Below are positions 44,856 through 54,436 of a DNA stretch of 64,000 nt, one piece after another. The notes beneath the pieces are model-generated. The model did not search any database. It was not told the origin of the DNA and saw only the letters and a program-made list of their open reading frames with translations. The position numbers and the translations under genes are program-made. How positions within the stretch are numbered: the first letter of the stretch is position 1; each line of letters opens with the position of its first letter. Source of the stretch: Elusimicrobiota bacterium (lineage in GTDB: Bacteria; Elusimicrobiota; Elusimicrobia; UBA1565); assembly GCA_043827405.1 (NCBI GenBank), contig JBDRPD010000083.1, forward strand, positions 141,166 through 205,165, written 5' to 3'.

Positions 44856-45736
44856 TGTCCGCGACCCAGCCTACCGGTCTCGAGCATGCGAGCGGGGAGA
44901 CCGCCATCCGGCCGCTCGCGCTCGCCTTCGCCATCACCTTCTGCATCTTCCTGCTCGAGTTCGGCGGCGGCATATGGTGCGGCTCGCTGGCCCTGGTCGC
45001 CGATGCCATGCATATGGCGGTGGACCTCGTCGCTCTGGCCCTCGGCCTGTTCGCCGCTTGGGCGGCGGGCCGGCCGGCGGACGACAAGCGAACTTTCGGC
45101 TATCATCGCGTTGAGGTTCTGGCGGCGCTGGGCAACGGCATCGGCCTGTGGATCATCGTCGGCGTGCTGCTGCATGAGGCCTGGGGCCGGTTCAATGCGC
45201 CGCGCGACGTGCGTGTCGTGGAGATGATTATCATCGCGGTCATCGGTTTGGCCGCCAACCTCATCGCGGCGGCGCTCCTTTTTCGCCACAGCCACAACAA
45301 CCTCAACGTTAAGGGCGTGCTGCTGCACGTGCTCTCCGACGCCTTGGGTTCGATCGGCGCCATCGCCGCGGGTATCGCGATGTGGGCGGGCGGCTGGATG
45401 ATCGCGGACTCCCTGGCCACCGTTTTTATTTGCGTTGTGATTACCTTTACATCCTATAAGCTGATCCGCGAATCGATTCATATCCTGCTCGAGGGGGCGC
45501 CGGCTGATGTGGACATCGGTGCGCTGCGCCGCTCCCTTGGCAGCCTCGAAGGCGTGGTCGAGGTCCACGACCTGCATCTGTGGTCGTTATGCTCGGGCAG
45601 CGCGTCGATGAGCGGCCATCTCGTGATTGAGCCCGGACGGGACGAGCAGGCGGTGCGTCTCGCGGGCGCCGAACTCCTGCGGCGGGAATTCGGGCTCACC
45701 CATCTGACCCTGCAGATAGAAAGACGCGGAGACTAG
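44855..45736 (+). CDS. Cation diffusion facilitator (CDF) family metal efflux transporter (CzcD/ZitB-like)
   Basis: Six TM helices with metal site residues (ADAMHMAVD...HVLSDALGS). C-terminal cytoplasmic domain. Confidence 0.88.
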   Translation: MSATQPTGLEHASGETAIRPLALAFAITFCIFLLEFGGGIWCGSLALVADAMHMAVDLVALALGLFAAWAAGRPADDKRTFGYHRVEVLAALGNGIGLWIIVGVLLHEAWGRFNAPRDVRVVEMIIIAVIGLAANLIAAALLFRHSHNNLNVKGVLLHVLSDALGSIGAIAAGIAMWAGGWMIADSLATVFICVVITFTSYKLIRESIHILLEGAPADVDIGALRRSLGSLEGVVEVHDLHLWSLCSGSASMSGHLVIEPGRDEQAVRLAGAELLRREFGLTHLTLQIERRGD

Positions 45737-46119
45737 CCTTTTGCCATGAGCTCGAAGATGCGGTCGAGCTTGTTCTTGATGATCTCCACGTCGATCGGCT
45801 TGACCACGTAGTCGATGGCGCCGAACAGGATGGCGTCGTTGAGGGTGGCGGCGTCGCTGAGGCCGCTGACTACCAGGATGGGGATATGCGCGGTTTCCGG
45901 ATCGGAGCGGATCTCCTGGGTGAGGCTGATCCCGTCCTGGTCCGGCATCATGATATCCATGAGGATGGCATCGGGCTTGTGCTTTTTGAGGGCTTCCCGG
46001 CACTTGCCCGCGCTGGAAGCGCAGACGACGTCGAAGCCGACGATGGGGAGTCCCTTTTCGTAGATGTCGCAGACGGATGCGTCATCATCGACGGCGAGTA
46101 TCAGTTTCTTGTCAGGCAT
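45733..46119 (-). CDS. Single-domain CheY-like response regulator
   Basis: LAVDDD...ILMDIMMPDQDG...VVSG receiver motifs. 128 aa. Confidence 0.85.
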   Translation of the reverse strand: MPDKKLILAVDDDASVCDIYEKGLPIVGFDVVCASSAGKCREALKKHKPDAILMDIMMPDQDGISLTQEIRSDPETAHIPILVVSGLSDAATLNDAILFGAIDYVVKPIDVEIIKNKLDRIFELMAKG

Positions 46120-46615
46120 GACCGGTGTCCTCTTTTCCCCGTTGGATCCAGGAGCCGATCGGGGCGTACGCGCTCCCTTTCCGATACGCTAAGTATGCCA
46201 GGCATAGCAGCACGCTGTCCAGGGTCAGCGCCTGGGCCGGCGTCAGGTGAAAGCCGCCGAAGCAGCCGCAGCTCTCCAGGGGGACGCCGCGCACGAGCGT
46301 CGAGGCGAGCGCGCCGATGAACATCAGGAAGAGGGCGCCCGCCGTCGCCGCCGAGAGCCGGCACAGGTAGCCGCCCAGAAGCGCCAGGCCGAGCAGGATC
46401 TCCACCGGCGGCAGCGCCCGTGCCATGTTTAACGCCATTTCGGGCGATATGAGATGGTAGGCCTCGATTATGACCGCGAATTCTTCGGCCGGCGCCGCAG
46501 CCTTCTGCAGCCCCGAAACCAGAAAGACCGCGGCCAGCAAGGTGCGCGCCGCCGCTCCCGGGATGTCCCAGGCAGGAGACGACGGCGGCTCGTTCTTTTT
46601 GCGCTGCTTGCTCAT
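46112..46615 (-). CDS. MauE/DoxX-family membrane protein (thiol-disulfide oxidoreductase partner)
   Basis: Four TM helices and a CGCFGG motif, typical of MauE-like proteins found with DsbA-like partners. Confidence 0.7.
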   Translation of the reverse strand: MSKQRKKNEPPSSPAWDIPGAAARTLLAAVFLVSGLQKAAAPAEEFAVIIEAYHLISPEMALNMARALPPVEILLGLALLGGYLCRLSAATAGALFLMFIGALASTLVRGVPLESCGCFGGFHLTPAQALTLDSVLLCLAYLAYRKGSAYAPIGSWIQRGKEDTGHA

Positions 46616-47268
46616 TTTCCCTTGAGGATGTTTTCGATATGGTTTAGGCCGTGGGTGCGCAGCTGGAGGTCCCCGACGAAGCGGCGGCCGTTGATGATGA
46701 AAGTCGGAGTCGAGCCGACCCAGCGTTTTTTGGCTTCCTTAAACTCCGCATCCACCGCCTCGCCGACCGCGGGGGTGTCCAGGCAGGCGGCAAAAGCCGC
46801 TTCATCCAGCTTGAGCTCCTTGGCGAAGGTGAAAAAGACGCCGCGTACCTCGTCTTTCTTCGTCTTCACTGTCCATTGGTGCTGCCGGGCGAACAGGCGG
46901 TCGTGAAAACCCCAGAAATCGCCGCCCTTGCCCGCGCATTCGGCGGCAATGGCGGCGTCGCGGGCCCAGTCGTGAAAATCCCAGGGGAAGTGCTTGAATA
47001 TAATGCGGACCTTGCCGGGGAACAAGATCTGCGCGAACTTGCCGACGGTGGGGGCCGCAACCCGGCAGGCCGGACATTGAAAATCGGAGTACTCGGCGAT
47101 GATTACGGCCGCGTCGGCGGGGCCCTTTTGGCGGTAGGCGGGGGCATCCGGCACGTATGGGGTCGATTTGCCGCGAACGGCGCAGGCCAGCGCCGCCGTC
47201 GCGGCCAGCAGGGCCGCGCCCGCGAATAGTCTTCGTCCCGACTTGGTCGTTGGCAGCATTCGCGCCAT
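46612..47268 (-). CDS. DsbA-family thioredoxin-fold thiol:disulfide oxidoreductase
   Basis: Signal peptide, CPAC active site (EYSDFQCPACR), DsbA-like C-terminus (GSTPTFIINGRR). Confidence 0.85.
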   Translation of the reverse strand: MARMLPTTKSGRRLFAGAALLAATAALACAVRGKSTPYVPDAPAYRQKGPADAAVIIAEYSDFQCPACRVAAPTVGKFAQILFPGKVRIIFKHFPWDFHDWARDAAIAAECAGKGGDFWGFHDRLFARQHQWTVKTKKDEVRGVFFTFAKELKLDEAAFAACLDTPAVGEAVDAEFKEAKKRWVGSTPTFIINGRRFVGDLQLRTHGLNHIENILKGK

Positions 47269-47270
47269 AA

Positions 47271-47306
47271 TAGCAAAAAGACCTCCCGGCGCAGTGCCGG
47301 GAGGTC
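47271..47306 (-). terminator. Bidirectional-looking rho-independent terminator downstream of the S8 protease gene
   Basis: GACCTCCCGGC-GCAGT-GCCGGGAGGTC stem with T-runs on both sides (CTTTTTGC on each strand). Confidence 0.65.
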
Positions 47307-47325
47307 CTTTTTGCCGAATAATCGC

Positions 47326-48603
47326 TTATTGGACGAGCTTGCCCGCGTCCACCATGCCGGCGCCCTGCTGGGTGTCCGGCACGCCGTCGAACTTCGTCGC
47401 GGCGCTCTGCAGCGCTTCCATGACCGCGTCGAAGCCGCTGGCGCCGTTGGCGATCGCGAGCGCCGCCAGGCCCGCCGCATGCGGGCAGGCCATGGACGTT
47501 CCCGAGAGGCTCCGGTAGCCGCCGCCCATATAGGTCGACTCCACGCTGACGCCGGGGGCGATGATGTCCACTTCCGGGCCGCGGCTCGAGAAGTAGGCGA
47601 CCTGGTCGCTCGAGTCCGACGCCGCGACCGCGATCGCTTCCGGGTAGGCCGCGGGATAGCCCACGGCGCGTCCGGAGTTGCCGGCGGCGGCGACGATGGT
47701 CGTCCCCTGCTTTTTGGCGTTGGCGATCGCTTCCGCGAGGGACTCCGTCCCGGATGAAGCGCCGAGGCTCATGCTGCCGATGTCCATATTGTTCTTGACC
47801 GCCCACTGGATGCCGTCGATGACGCCCTCGAAGGTTCCGCTGCCGCTGGCCGACAGGACCTTGACGCCGTAGAGGGTCACGTCGGGAGCGACGCCGACGA
47901 CGCCGATGCCGTTGTCCTGTCCGGCGATGGTGCCGGCGCAGTGTGTTCCGTGGCCGTTGTCGTCCTTGTATGAGACACTGTTGTCGATGGCGTTGTAGCC
48001 GCCGGCCACCACGAGATCCTCATGGTCGAAGTCGATGCCGGTGTCGATAACCGCGACCTTGACGCCCTTGCCGCGGGTGACGGGCCAGGCCGCCTTGGCG
48101 TTGACGCGCTTGATGCCCCACGGTACCTTTTGACCGGCGGCGTCCGGCGGCGCTTCTTCAGTCGTCGTCGCCTTGAGCCAGTTCTGTACGTAGTCCTTCT
48201 CGACGCGCAGCACCTCGCTCAGCGAGGCCAGGCTCCGGTCGACGCCGGCCGCCTTGACCTTGGGCACGATAACCGCCACCGCGTTGACCAGCCATAGGTC
48301 CTTGGTGGGAATGCCGCCGGTGTCGCGCACCAGGCTCATCCGCCGGGTCAGGGACGTGCTTTTCTTGAAAACGACGATGCGCCGCTCGATCGAATCGTCG
48401 AGCTCCTGAACGGCGACCTTTTCGCCCTGGATTTGCTCGGCGGGCGAGGACTTGGACGCCTGCTCCATCTTGGCGACGAGGCCTTCGACCTTAACGCCCT
48501 GGTCGAAGTTGACCGCGGCCGCGGGAAGAGTCGTTTGCGGGGCCAAAAGAGCCGCCGCGCACAACAACGCAGATAGTTTGCTTCGAGACATGACCACCCC
48601 CAT
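47326..48603 (-). CDS. Secreted subtilisin-like serine protease (peptidase S8 with N-terminal I9 propeptide)
   Basis: Signal peptide. Catalytic triad motifs VAVIDTGID / HGTHCAGTIAG / GTSMACPHAAG. Oxyanion-hole N in AAAGNSG. Confidence 0.9.
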   Translation of the reverse strand: MGVVMSRSKLSALLCAAALLAPQTTLPAAAVNFDQGVKVEGLVAKMEQASKSSPAEQIQGEKVAVQELDDSIERRIVVFKKSTSLTRRMSLVRDTGGIPTKDLWLVNAVAVIVPKVKAAGVDRSLASLSEVLRVEKDYVQNWLKATTTEEAPPDAAGQKVPWGIKRVNAKAAWPVTRGKGVKVAVIDTGIDFDHEDLVVAGGYNAIDNSVSYKDDNGHGTHCAGTIAGQDNGIGVVGVAPDVTLYGVKVLSASGSGTFEGVIDGIQWAVKNNMDIGSMSLGASSGTESLAEAIANAKKQGTTIVAAAGNSGRAVGYPAAYPEAIAVAASDSSDQVAYFSSRGPEVDIIAPGVSVESTYMGGGYRSLSGTSMACPHAAGLAALAIANGASGFDAVMEALQSAATKFDGVPDTQQGAGMVDAGKLVQ

Positions 48604-48679
48604 TACGATTTCACCACTAGCCGTAACTTAGCATAATTAAAACCGAAAGGCCTAGTGAAAAATAGGCCTAAAGGGAGGG

Positions 48680-49141
48680 TTATTCTGGGCGCGCTTTGGG
48701 GGCTAAAAGGTCCGGTTCTTCGCCGGGAGCGGCGCTTTTGGCGCAGCCCGGCTCGGCGTCCAGGAGCCCGGAGTTTCCGTCGGTAATATTCGGTTTCGCG
48801 GGCTCCGGTTCAGCGCAGGGCGGGGAGTCTGCAGGGGGAGCTGGATTGCGTACCGCCTCCTGGAAGGCGGCGTCGTCTGCGAACCTGTCGACCACGGTCT
48901 GCAGGCGGCGCCGGTCCGCCTCGGCGGCGCCTTGCTGCAGCGCTGGGCGCAAGCCCGGCACGGCGTCGAGTTCCCGGTTGAAGCCGGCGGCGCCGGGGTG
49001 ATCGTAAAGAGCGTCCAGGTTGAGCAGAACCTGCTTGGCGAAGGTCGTCAGCTCGAAGCGCTCTTCTACCGGCGGTTTCTCCGCCGCGGGCTGGCAGCCC
49101 AGACTGATAAGCGCGAGCGAGATCAGGAGGAGGAGCTTCAT
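48680..49141 (-). CDS. Small lipoprotein, unknown function
   Basis: MKLLLLISLALISLGCQ contains a lipobox Cys. Pro/Ala-rich. The long upstream ORF extension is probably spurious. Confidence 0.55.
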   Translation of the reverse strand: MKLLLLISLALISLGCQPAAEKPPVEERFELTTFAKQVLLNLDALYDHPGAAGFNRELDAVPGLRPALQQGAAEADRRRLQTVVDRFADDAAFQEAVRNPAPPADSPPCAEPEPAKPNITDGNSGLLDAEPGCAKSAAPGEEPDLLAPKARPE

Positions 49142-49833
49142 CGGAAGAGGGACAGGAAGCGGTCTTCGTACTCCGCGAACAAGCCATACTCCCGGAGCTT
49201 GGTTCCCAGGCTCTGCCGGGCGCCGGCGTCGCGGCGCGCCCGCGTGAAGAGCCGGTCTACTTCGTTGCGGCGGCGGCGGTCGGCGTTCGCGCCGGGCTCG
49301 AACATCCCGTGGTTGCTGAGGTCGCGGACATTGGTCGGAAAGGAGCGGGCGGCCTCCTCGATGGTGAAGCGCATAAGAGCCAGCGACCAGGCGGCGTCGG
49401 GGCATTGGATGACGGCGGCCTGCGGGGAGCCGAGGTCGTCGAGCTCCTTGAGAATCCGCTCCGCGGCGACCTGCGGCTTTTGGGCGAGAACGCGGGTTTT
49501 CAGGTCCTGGTTTTTAAACCGGTATTCCAGCGCCTGCAGGACGTCCTGATACTGGGTGCCGAGCCAGTCGGCGAATTCCGCCGCGTTCTTGCCGAAGCCC
49601 TCGAAGCGGTCCCGCAGGGCGTCCGCCGTTAGAATCTTGGGGCGTTCCGATATCACCCAGCCCTCGCGCAGGCGCGTCTTGTTGGGCAGCTGATCGACGG
49701 CGGAAATCAGGTGGTACTGGATGCGGGTGTCGCCGAAGGTCGACAGCGTCTTTTTCGGCGGCCGCAGCAGTTTCGTTTCGCTTAGGAACTTGCGGATCAG
49801 GGATGGCTTCATCTGCTGCCGATATCTTAACAA
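49138..49833 (-). CDS. Conserved-looking cytoplasmic hypothetical protein (231 aa)
   Basis: Complete ORF tightly coupled (4-nt overlap) to the lipoprotein gene. No family recognised. Confidence 0.5.
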   Translation of the reverse strand: MLRYRQQMKPSLIRKFLSETKLLRPPKKTLSTFGDTRIQYHLISAVDQLPNKTRLREGWVISERPKILTADALRDRFEGFGKNAAEFADWLGTQYQDVLQALEYRFKNQDLKTRVLAQKPQVAAERILKELDDLGSPQAAVIQCPDAAWSLALMRFTIEEAARSFPTNVRDLSNHGMFEPGANADRRRRNEVDRLFTRARRDAGARQSLGTKLREYGLFAEYEDRFLSLFR

Positions 49834-49945
49834 CCCCCCAGCGGACCGTCAATGAAGGCCCGTTGTTTTTCGCGAACTCCCTTTAGTACAATGGGCCTAG
49901 TTCAGGATGGGACCTTCGGTCCCAAAGGGGAAGCAAGGGGGGAGT

Positions 49946-50842
49946 ATGGCGGGGTATCTTGCCGCGGTTCTCGCGGTGCTGTTGTCTGCTAATCTGTTCG
50001 CACAGGTGCCGGATTTCGACCAGGGCGTCCCGGACGTCAAGGACGTCGTGGCCGGGCTTAAGAAAGAAGCCGTACCGGATGGCTCCGCCGTCCAGGAGTC
50101 CTACCAGGTCGCTTACCGTTCCGACCGCGACTGCGTGACCTTCGTTTTCCGGCCGGATGGCCCGACGGTATCCGAGAAGGTTTGGCTGCGCAGCACCGAA
50201 TACCGCGAGGAGTGCCGCTGGGAGGGCGACCCGCGCAACGGCGGCCGGCAGTACTGCCGCGAGGTGCCGCGCTGGACCTATCGCGAGCTGGTGCAGGTCG
50301 AACTGCGCGAGCGCAAGGAGCTCTACCCGTGGGAGAAGGAGGCGGTCGCCGTCTGCCTGGACGGGAACTGGCTGAGCGTCCACGAAGTGCAGCTGGCGCA
50401 TAAATACACCGCGTCGCGCAACGGCGGCTACTATACGCTGACCGCCGGCGAGAAGAAGCCGATGGACCCCGACAAGCACGGCATTGAGGCCGCGGCTCCG
50501 GAAAGCACCGGCGATAACCTGGCGGTGACCTTTACCGACCGCTGGGCTTCCTACTATGCCGGCGAGCAGGTTGTGCTCTCGATGAAGCTCAAGCGCGAGG
50601 TCAAGAACTGGTTTGACCCGGTACTGGTCGAGAAGGAGTTTACGTTCGCCGCCGCTGACGCCTATCCGGTCGATTTCGCGCCCTACGCCGCGGAATTCTC
50701 CGAAAAGCTTAAGCCCGGGAGCAACTATTATGTGGAATGGAGCTTTAAGCGTATCGGCGTGATTTCCAAGCCCACCCAGATGAAGCGGGGAGACGGCCCG
50801 ACGGGGACGTATCGGCCGCGCTTGATCATGGTCGCGCGCTAG
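49946..50842 (+). CDS. Secreted hypothetical protein
   Basis: AAGGGGGGA RBS then ATG. Signal peptide MAGYLAAVLAVLLSANLFAQ. Followed by a strong terminator. Confidence 0.6.
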   Translation: MAGYLAAVLAVLLSANLFAQVPDFDQGVPDVKDVVAGLKKEAVPDGSAVQESYQVAYRSDRDCVTFVFRPDGPTVSEKVWLRSTEYREECRWEGDPRNGGRQYCREVPRWTYRELVQVELRERKELYPWEKEAVAVCLDGNWLSVHEVQLAHKYTASRNGGYYTLTAGEKKPMDPDKHGIEAAAPESTGDNLAVTFTDRWASYYAGEQVVLSMKLKREVKNWFDPVLVEKEFTFAAADAYPVDFAPYAAEFSEKLKPGSNYYVEWSFKRIGVISKPTQMKRGDGPTGTYRPRLIMVAR

Positions 50843-50859
50843 AGCCCGAACCGCGTGAG

Positions 50860-50899
50860 GATCCCGGTCTGCTTCGCGCAGGCCGGGATCGTTTTTTTG
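50860..50899 (+). terminator. Rho-independent terminator
   Basis: GATCCCGGTCTGC-TTCG-CGCAGGCCGGGATC 13-bp stem followed by GTTTTTTTGG. Confidence 0.8.
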
Positions 50900-50923
50900 G
50901 TTTAATCTAAAGCAGGGAGCGAA

Positions 50924-51709
50924 ATGGAGAAAATTTGCCCACGCTGCGCGAAGGCTGTTGACGCGGGAGATTCCATCTGCGACGCCTGCGGGATGGAGCT
51001 GCTGATCCAGCATGATCCCCGGTGCCCGGGCTGCGGCCAAATCGTGCGGCCGGGCCGCGACATGTGCAGCAACTGCGGCCTGGAACTCGAGATAACGCCG
51101 GACGTCCCGGCGGCCGGAGGGACCACCTACAAGATCTCGCTGAGCACGCTGCTGGTGCCGTTGGTCGCGGTCTTGGTCGTCGGCGGCATCCTGCGCGGCC
51201 GCAAGGAGCAGGCCCCGAAGGCGCCGTACCAGCCGCCGGTGGCGGCCGTGACGGCCGGCGCGGGTGAGGGCCCGTACGAGGACGATCCCGCGGCGGGCAG
51301 TTCGTCCCATGTCAAGTCCGCGGCCGTCAAGATCCCCGACGCCTTCCTGCTTAAGGGCTCGGTGTTCGATATCCAGACTCTTAAGCCGGTCATGCAGCCC
51401 ACTCTGGTCTTCCACAATCCGAACAGCAATGAGTATTTCGGCGCCTATGCGGACGCCCAGGGCCGCTCCCAGGCCTGGCTCAAGGCCGTGACCGGCGGCT
51501 ATATCGTCACGCTGCAGCATGCGAACTATCAGGAAACGTATACCGCGGACTGGGCGCCGTCGATCCGCACCCTCAGCGAGGTGCAGCGCCGTTTCGTGAT
51601 CGGCGACCTGCTCGCCAATCCGCCGAAGCCGCTGCATCTATACGGCTTGCCGGACGCGAAGATTGAGAAGGACTTCGGGATGATCCCCATTCCGAAAAAG
51701 ATCCCTTAA
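50924..51709 (+). CDS. Membrane protein with N-terminal double zinc ribbon and C-terminal extracytoplasmic domain
   Basis: CPRCA...CDACG and CPGCG...CSNCG ribbons. One TM (LLVPLVAVLVVGGIL), then a 170-aa domain with no recognised family. Confidence 0.6.
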   Translation: MEKICPRCAKAVDAGDSICDACGMELLIQHDPRCPGCGQIVRPGRDMCSNCGLELEITPDVPAAGGTTYKISLSTLLVPLVAVLVVGGILRGRKEQAPKAPYQPPVAAVTAGAGEGPYEDDPAAGSSSHVKSAAVKIPDAFLLKGSVFDIQTLKPVMQPTLVFHNPNSNEYFGAYADAQGRSQAWLKAVTGGYIVTLQHANYQETYTADWAPSIRTLSEVQRRFVIGDLLANPPKPLHLYGLPDAKIEKDFGMIPIPKKIP

Positions 51710-51724
51710 CCGCCGGCCGGCGGG

Positions 51725-52534
51725 CTAACCGAAGGCCAATAGGCTGACCGCCATGACGGCCATCCCCGCGATCAGGCCGTAGACGGCCAGGTGATGCTCG
51801 CCGTACTTGTGCGCCGCCGGCAGGAGCTCGTCGAAGGAGATGAATACCATGATGCCGCCGACCATACCGAAAAGCAGGCCGAAGGTCGCATCGTTGAGCA
51901 CGGACATCAGGAAGAGGTAGCCGATCAGCGCTCCCGCCGGCTCGGCCAGGCCGGAGAGAAACGAGTAGAAGAAAGCTTTGCCGCGGCTTCCCGTGGCATA
52001 GAAGATCGGGACCGAGACACTGATCCCCTCCGGAATATTATGGATGGCGATGGCGGCGACGATGGGGAGGCTGGCCATCGGGTTGTCGAGCGCCGCCACG
52101 AAGGTGGCCAGCCCCTCGGGAAAGTTATGGATGGCGATGGCGAGGCCCGAGAAGACGCCCATGCGCAGCAGGGCGGTCTCCTGATCCTTTTTGCGGGGCC
52201 TTTCCATCTCCTCGATCCCGCGCGACTCGTGCGGGTTCTCGAAGGACGGGACCAGCTTGTCTATTAAGGCGGTGAGCAGGATGCCGCCGAAGAATGCGCC
52301 CGCCGTCGCCCAGCCGCCGGCCGTATCACCCCAGGCCGCGCTCAGGTACTGCCGCGACTTGCTCATGATCTCGGTCATGGAGATGTAGACCATCACGCCC
52401 GCCGAGAAGCCGAGCGAGACCGCCAATAGGCGGGTGTTCGTCTTTTTGGCGAAGAAGGCTATGGCGCCGCCGATGCCGGTGCATAATCCGGCGAAGGTGG
52501 TCAGCCCGAAGGCCCAGAGAAGATTTTCGTGCAT
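51725..52534 (-). CDS. zupT: ZIP-family zinc transporter ZupT
   Basis: Aligns along its length with E. coli ZupT, including HNFPEG and HNIPEG metal-binding motifs. The start at MHENLL matches the ZupT N-terminus. Confidence 0.85.
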   Translation of the reverse strand: MHENLLWAFGLTTFAGLCTGIGGAIAFFAKKTNTRLLAVSLGFSAGVMVYISMTEIMSKSRQYLSAAWGDTAGGWATAGAFFGGILLTALIDKLVPSFENPHESRGIEEMERPRKKDQETALLRMGVFSGLAIAIHNFPEGLATFVAALDNPMASLPIVAAIAIHNIPEGISVSVPIFYATGSRGKAFFYSFLSGLAEPAGALIGYLFLMSVLNDATFGLLFGMVGGIMVFISFDELLPAAHKYGEHHLAVYGLIAGMAVMAVSLLAFG

Positions 52535-52538
52535 GGTC

Positions 52539-53477
52539 TCAGTTAAAGAATACCGCAAATAGCGTCATCGCCGCCGGGATCGTTACCAGCGAGGCGGCGA
52601 AGCTCGCGATCAGGAACTGGTTGGCCGCGTTGCGGTTGCCGCCCATGCGCGATATCGCCACGGGTACGGCGGAGAGCGGCGGGACGGCGCTTTCCAGCAT
52701 GATCAAGAGCGCCACCGGCTGCGGCGGACGGATCAGCAGCAGCAGTCCGAGCGCCGTTAGGGGGAATACGATGTTCTTGAGGAGGACAAACTTGACGCAT
52801 TCGACTGTGTAGAGTTCGCCGCCGCGGCGGAAGTCCGCGTATGCGCTGCCGCCCAGGATCAGCATCAATAGCGGGATCGCGGTCGCTCCCAGCATGCTGA
52901 GGATCTGCAGGCCGAAAGCGGGGAGCAGCCAGTGCAGGCCCGAGAGCTTCAGAACGACGGCCAGCACCGTGGCGATGAGGACGATGTTGAAGATCCGGCT
53001 CAGGTCCAGTTTGCTTTTGCCCGCGCCGTAAAAGAGATGGTAGGAGCCGAAGAAGAGGCTGGGAAACAGCAAGGTGAAGAGAAACAGGTCGACCAGGCGC
53101 GGCGACTCCGCGCCGAAGAGGCCGGTGAGCACGGCGAGCGGAATAAAGATGGCGTTGGGATAGAGCAGGCTCATGGTGAACTCGCGCCGCAGATGAGGGG
53201 GCGCCAGGCGTGAGCCGAGGGCGGTCAGGACGCCGACCATGGCCATAAAGCCGCACCACCAGAGCGGCAGGGACCACCAGCCGGGATGCGCGGCGGGATT
53301 GAAGCCCTTGAGTATGCTGACGAAGATCAGGCTGGGCAGGGCGATGTCGAGCGCGAACGGCGACAAAATGTCGAGCGCGGTTTCGGGCATGACCCGCCGG
53401 CTGATGATCCAGAAGCCGAGCAGGCCCAAGCCGAACAGCACCGCGATCGATTCGAGGGTGGCGTACAGAATCTCCAT
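52539..53477 (-). CDS. AEC (auxin efflux carrier)-family membrane transporter
   Basis: Ten TM helices with an N-terminal pattern (ILPFALDIALPSLIF) typical of the AEC/malate-permease family. Confidence 0.75.
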   Translation of the reverse strand: MEILYATLESIAVLFGLGLLGFWIISRRVMPETALDILSPFALDIALPSLIFVSILKGFNPAAHPGWWSLPLWWCGFMAMVGVLTALGSRLAPPHLRREFTMSLLYPNAIFIPLAVLTGLFGAESPRLVDLFLFTLLFPSLFFGSYHLFYGAGKSKLDLSRIFNIVLIATVLAVVLKLSGLHWLLPAFGLQILSMLGATAIPLLMLILGGSAYADFRRGGELYTVECVKFVLLKNIVFPLTALGLLLLIRPPQPVALLIMLESAVPPLSAVPVAISRMGGNRNAANQFLIASFAASLVTIPAAMTLFAVFFN

Positions 53478-53574
53478 GGCGAGGGGGGATTCTACAATAC
53501 TCCGCGGGCGCGGTTTTCGAATATCCTATACCAGGCTTGGGAAAATCGCTATGATTTGACGCGGAAACAGCTTT

Positions 53575-54378
53575 ATGGTACCGGTAATCACTTTGCTTAT
53601 GGTGCTGGCCCTGATGGTCCTCGTAACGAGGATCGCGGCCATCGCCTTGACCTATACCGGGATGTCGCACGAGACCGCCAGGTTCCAGGCCCTGTCGGCC
53701 TTCACCGGCGCCGGCTTCACCACTAAGGAATCGGAGCAGGTCGTCAATCATCCGGTGCGCCGCCGCATCATGCTGACCTTGCTGGTGCTGGGCAATGCCG
53801 GTATCGTCACCGCGGTGTCGTCGCTGATCCTGACCTTTATCCGCTCCGACGGCACGGGCTCCATCGCCGTCAAGATATCCTTCCTGTTCGGCGGCCTCAT
53901 CGTGCTGTGGTTCGTCGCCGCCAGCCGCTGGGCCGACCGCGTGCTCTCGAGGATCGTAGGCGGCCTCCTCAAGCGCTATACGCGGCTGGATGTGCAGGAT
54001 TATTCGGCGCTGCTGCATTTGGCGGGAGAGTATCAGGTTTCCGAGCTGGTTATTGAGCCCGATGACTGGCTGGAAGGCAAGAGCGTCGTCGACTCGGACC
54101 TGCGCAAGGAGGGCCTGCTGGTCCTCGGCATCCGCCGCGGCGACGGGGTCTTTCGCGGCATCCCTGATACTGATACCCGGTTTGAGGCCGGCGACACCCT
54201 CATCATCTACGGCCGCGCGACCTCGGTGGCGCTCATCGACGACCGCAAGAGCGGCAAGCTCGGCGATATCGAGCACTTCGACGCGGTGCTCGAAGAGAAG
54301 CGCATCGAGGAAGAAGAGAAGCAGCGCGACCCCTCCGAGACGGGTTCCCAGGACGCCCCTCCGCCCTCCGGGGCTTGA
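53575..54378 (+). CDS. Membrane protein with C-terminal TrkA-C (RCK_C) regulatory domain
   Basis: Four TM helices, then an RCK_C-like domain (VSELVIEPDDWLEGKSVVDSDLRKEGLLVLGIRRGDGVF...GDTLIIYG). Confidence 0.7.
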   Translation: MVPVITLLMVLALMVLVTRIAAIALTYTGMSHETARFQALSAFTGAGFTTKESEQVVNHPVRRRIMLTLLVLGNAGIVTAVSSLILTFIRSDGTGSIAVKISFLFGGLIVLWFVAASRWADRVLSRIVGGLLKRYTRLDVQDYSALLHLAGEYQVSELVIEPDDWLEGKSVVDSDLRKEGLLVLGIRRGDGVFRGIPDTDTRFEAGDTLIIYGRATSVALIDDRKSGKLGDIEHFDAVLEEKRIEEEEKQRDPSETGSQDAPPPSGA

Positions 54379-54436
54379 CTCAGGTCAAGGCGGCTGCGCC
54401 CGTTTCCGGCTAACCTAATCCATGAGAGGCGATATT

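Noticed and set aside
49883-54276. Minus-strand 584-aa and 577-aa ORFs (49883-51637, 52543-54276), and the plus-strand ORF 24642-25556
   Set aside because: Antisense to genes with signal peptides and motifs (ZupT, AEC, the pseudokinase). No domain content.
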